Made by a program: the position numbers and the translations under genes. From positions 1-27,928 of the forward strand of contig DOYA01000058.1 in assembly GCA_003518755.1 (NCBI GenBank): a DNA stretch of 27,928 nucleotides. Direction: 5' to 3'. Source of the DNA: Clostridiales bacterium. Its GTDB lineage: Bacteria; Bacillota; Clostridia; TANB77; CAG-508. The notes beneath the pieces were generated by a model that saw nothing but the letters and a program-made list of their open reading frames with translations, did no database searches and was not told where the DNA came from. Of this stretch, positions 27,879 to 27,928 are shown piece by piece (position 1 is the first letter of the stretch; each line of letters opens with the position of its first letter).

Positions 27879-27928
27879 ATGAAAAGATCAGAAATAAGAG
27901 AATTAGCATTTAAATTAATTTATAGTTT
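27879..27928 (+). CDS. nusB: Transcription antitermination factor NusB (5' fragment)
   Basis: MKRSEIRELAFKLIYS; asp23-amaP-DUF2273-nusB synteny. Confidence 0.75.
   Translation, partial: MKRSEIRELAFKLIYS

Overview
A very AT-rich chromosomal segment from a Clostridia-like Firmicute. The left flank (1-8747) is mostly housekeeping: holB (partial), ricT/yaaT, a ferredoxin, a G5-GH73 hydrolase, a frameshifted AT-hook/ParA-MinD-like gene, a GAF-degenerate GGDEF gene, ireB, ruvX and DUF1292. The right flank (24878-27928) is core: rbgA, mrnC, asp23, amaP, DUF2273 and the start of nusB. Between them is a ~16 kb accessory array of 1-2-gene units, nearly all co-oriented with rbgA. The main discovery is that these units are separated by 10 full and 2 partial ~115-135 bp composite repeats. 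Each full repeat is a copy of an rbgA 5' end (RBS + start + N-terminal codons up to the I-N/Q-W motif; five different N-terminal families) fused at the 'TG' of the Trp codon to a fixed-length 72-75 bp arm. Left and right halves assort independently. This fits an integron-like cassette stack built by repeated site-specific integration into the 5' end of the essential rbgA gene, each cassette supplying a new rbgA start. No recombinase is encoded in the window. RhuM, YhcG and KilA-N genes or remnants tend to lead the cassettes, and the RhuM/YhcG genes carry variable in-frame palindromes. Also seen: a probable +1 frameshift at the only in-frame CGG codon I found, GTAG-type REPs flanking the array, a duplicated promoter-hairpin, and SD-hairpin-ATG initiation regions.
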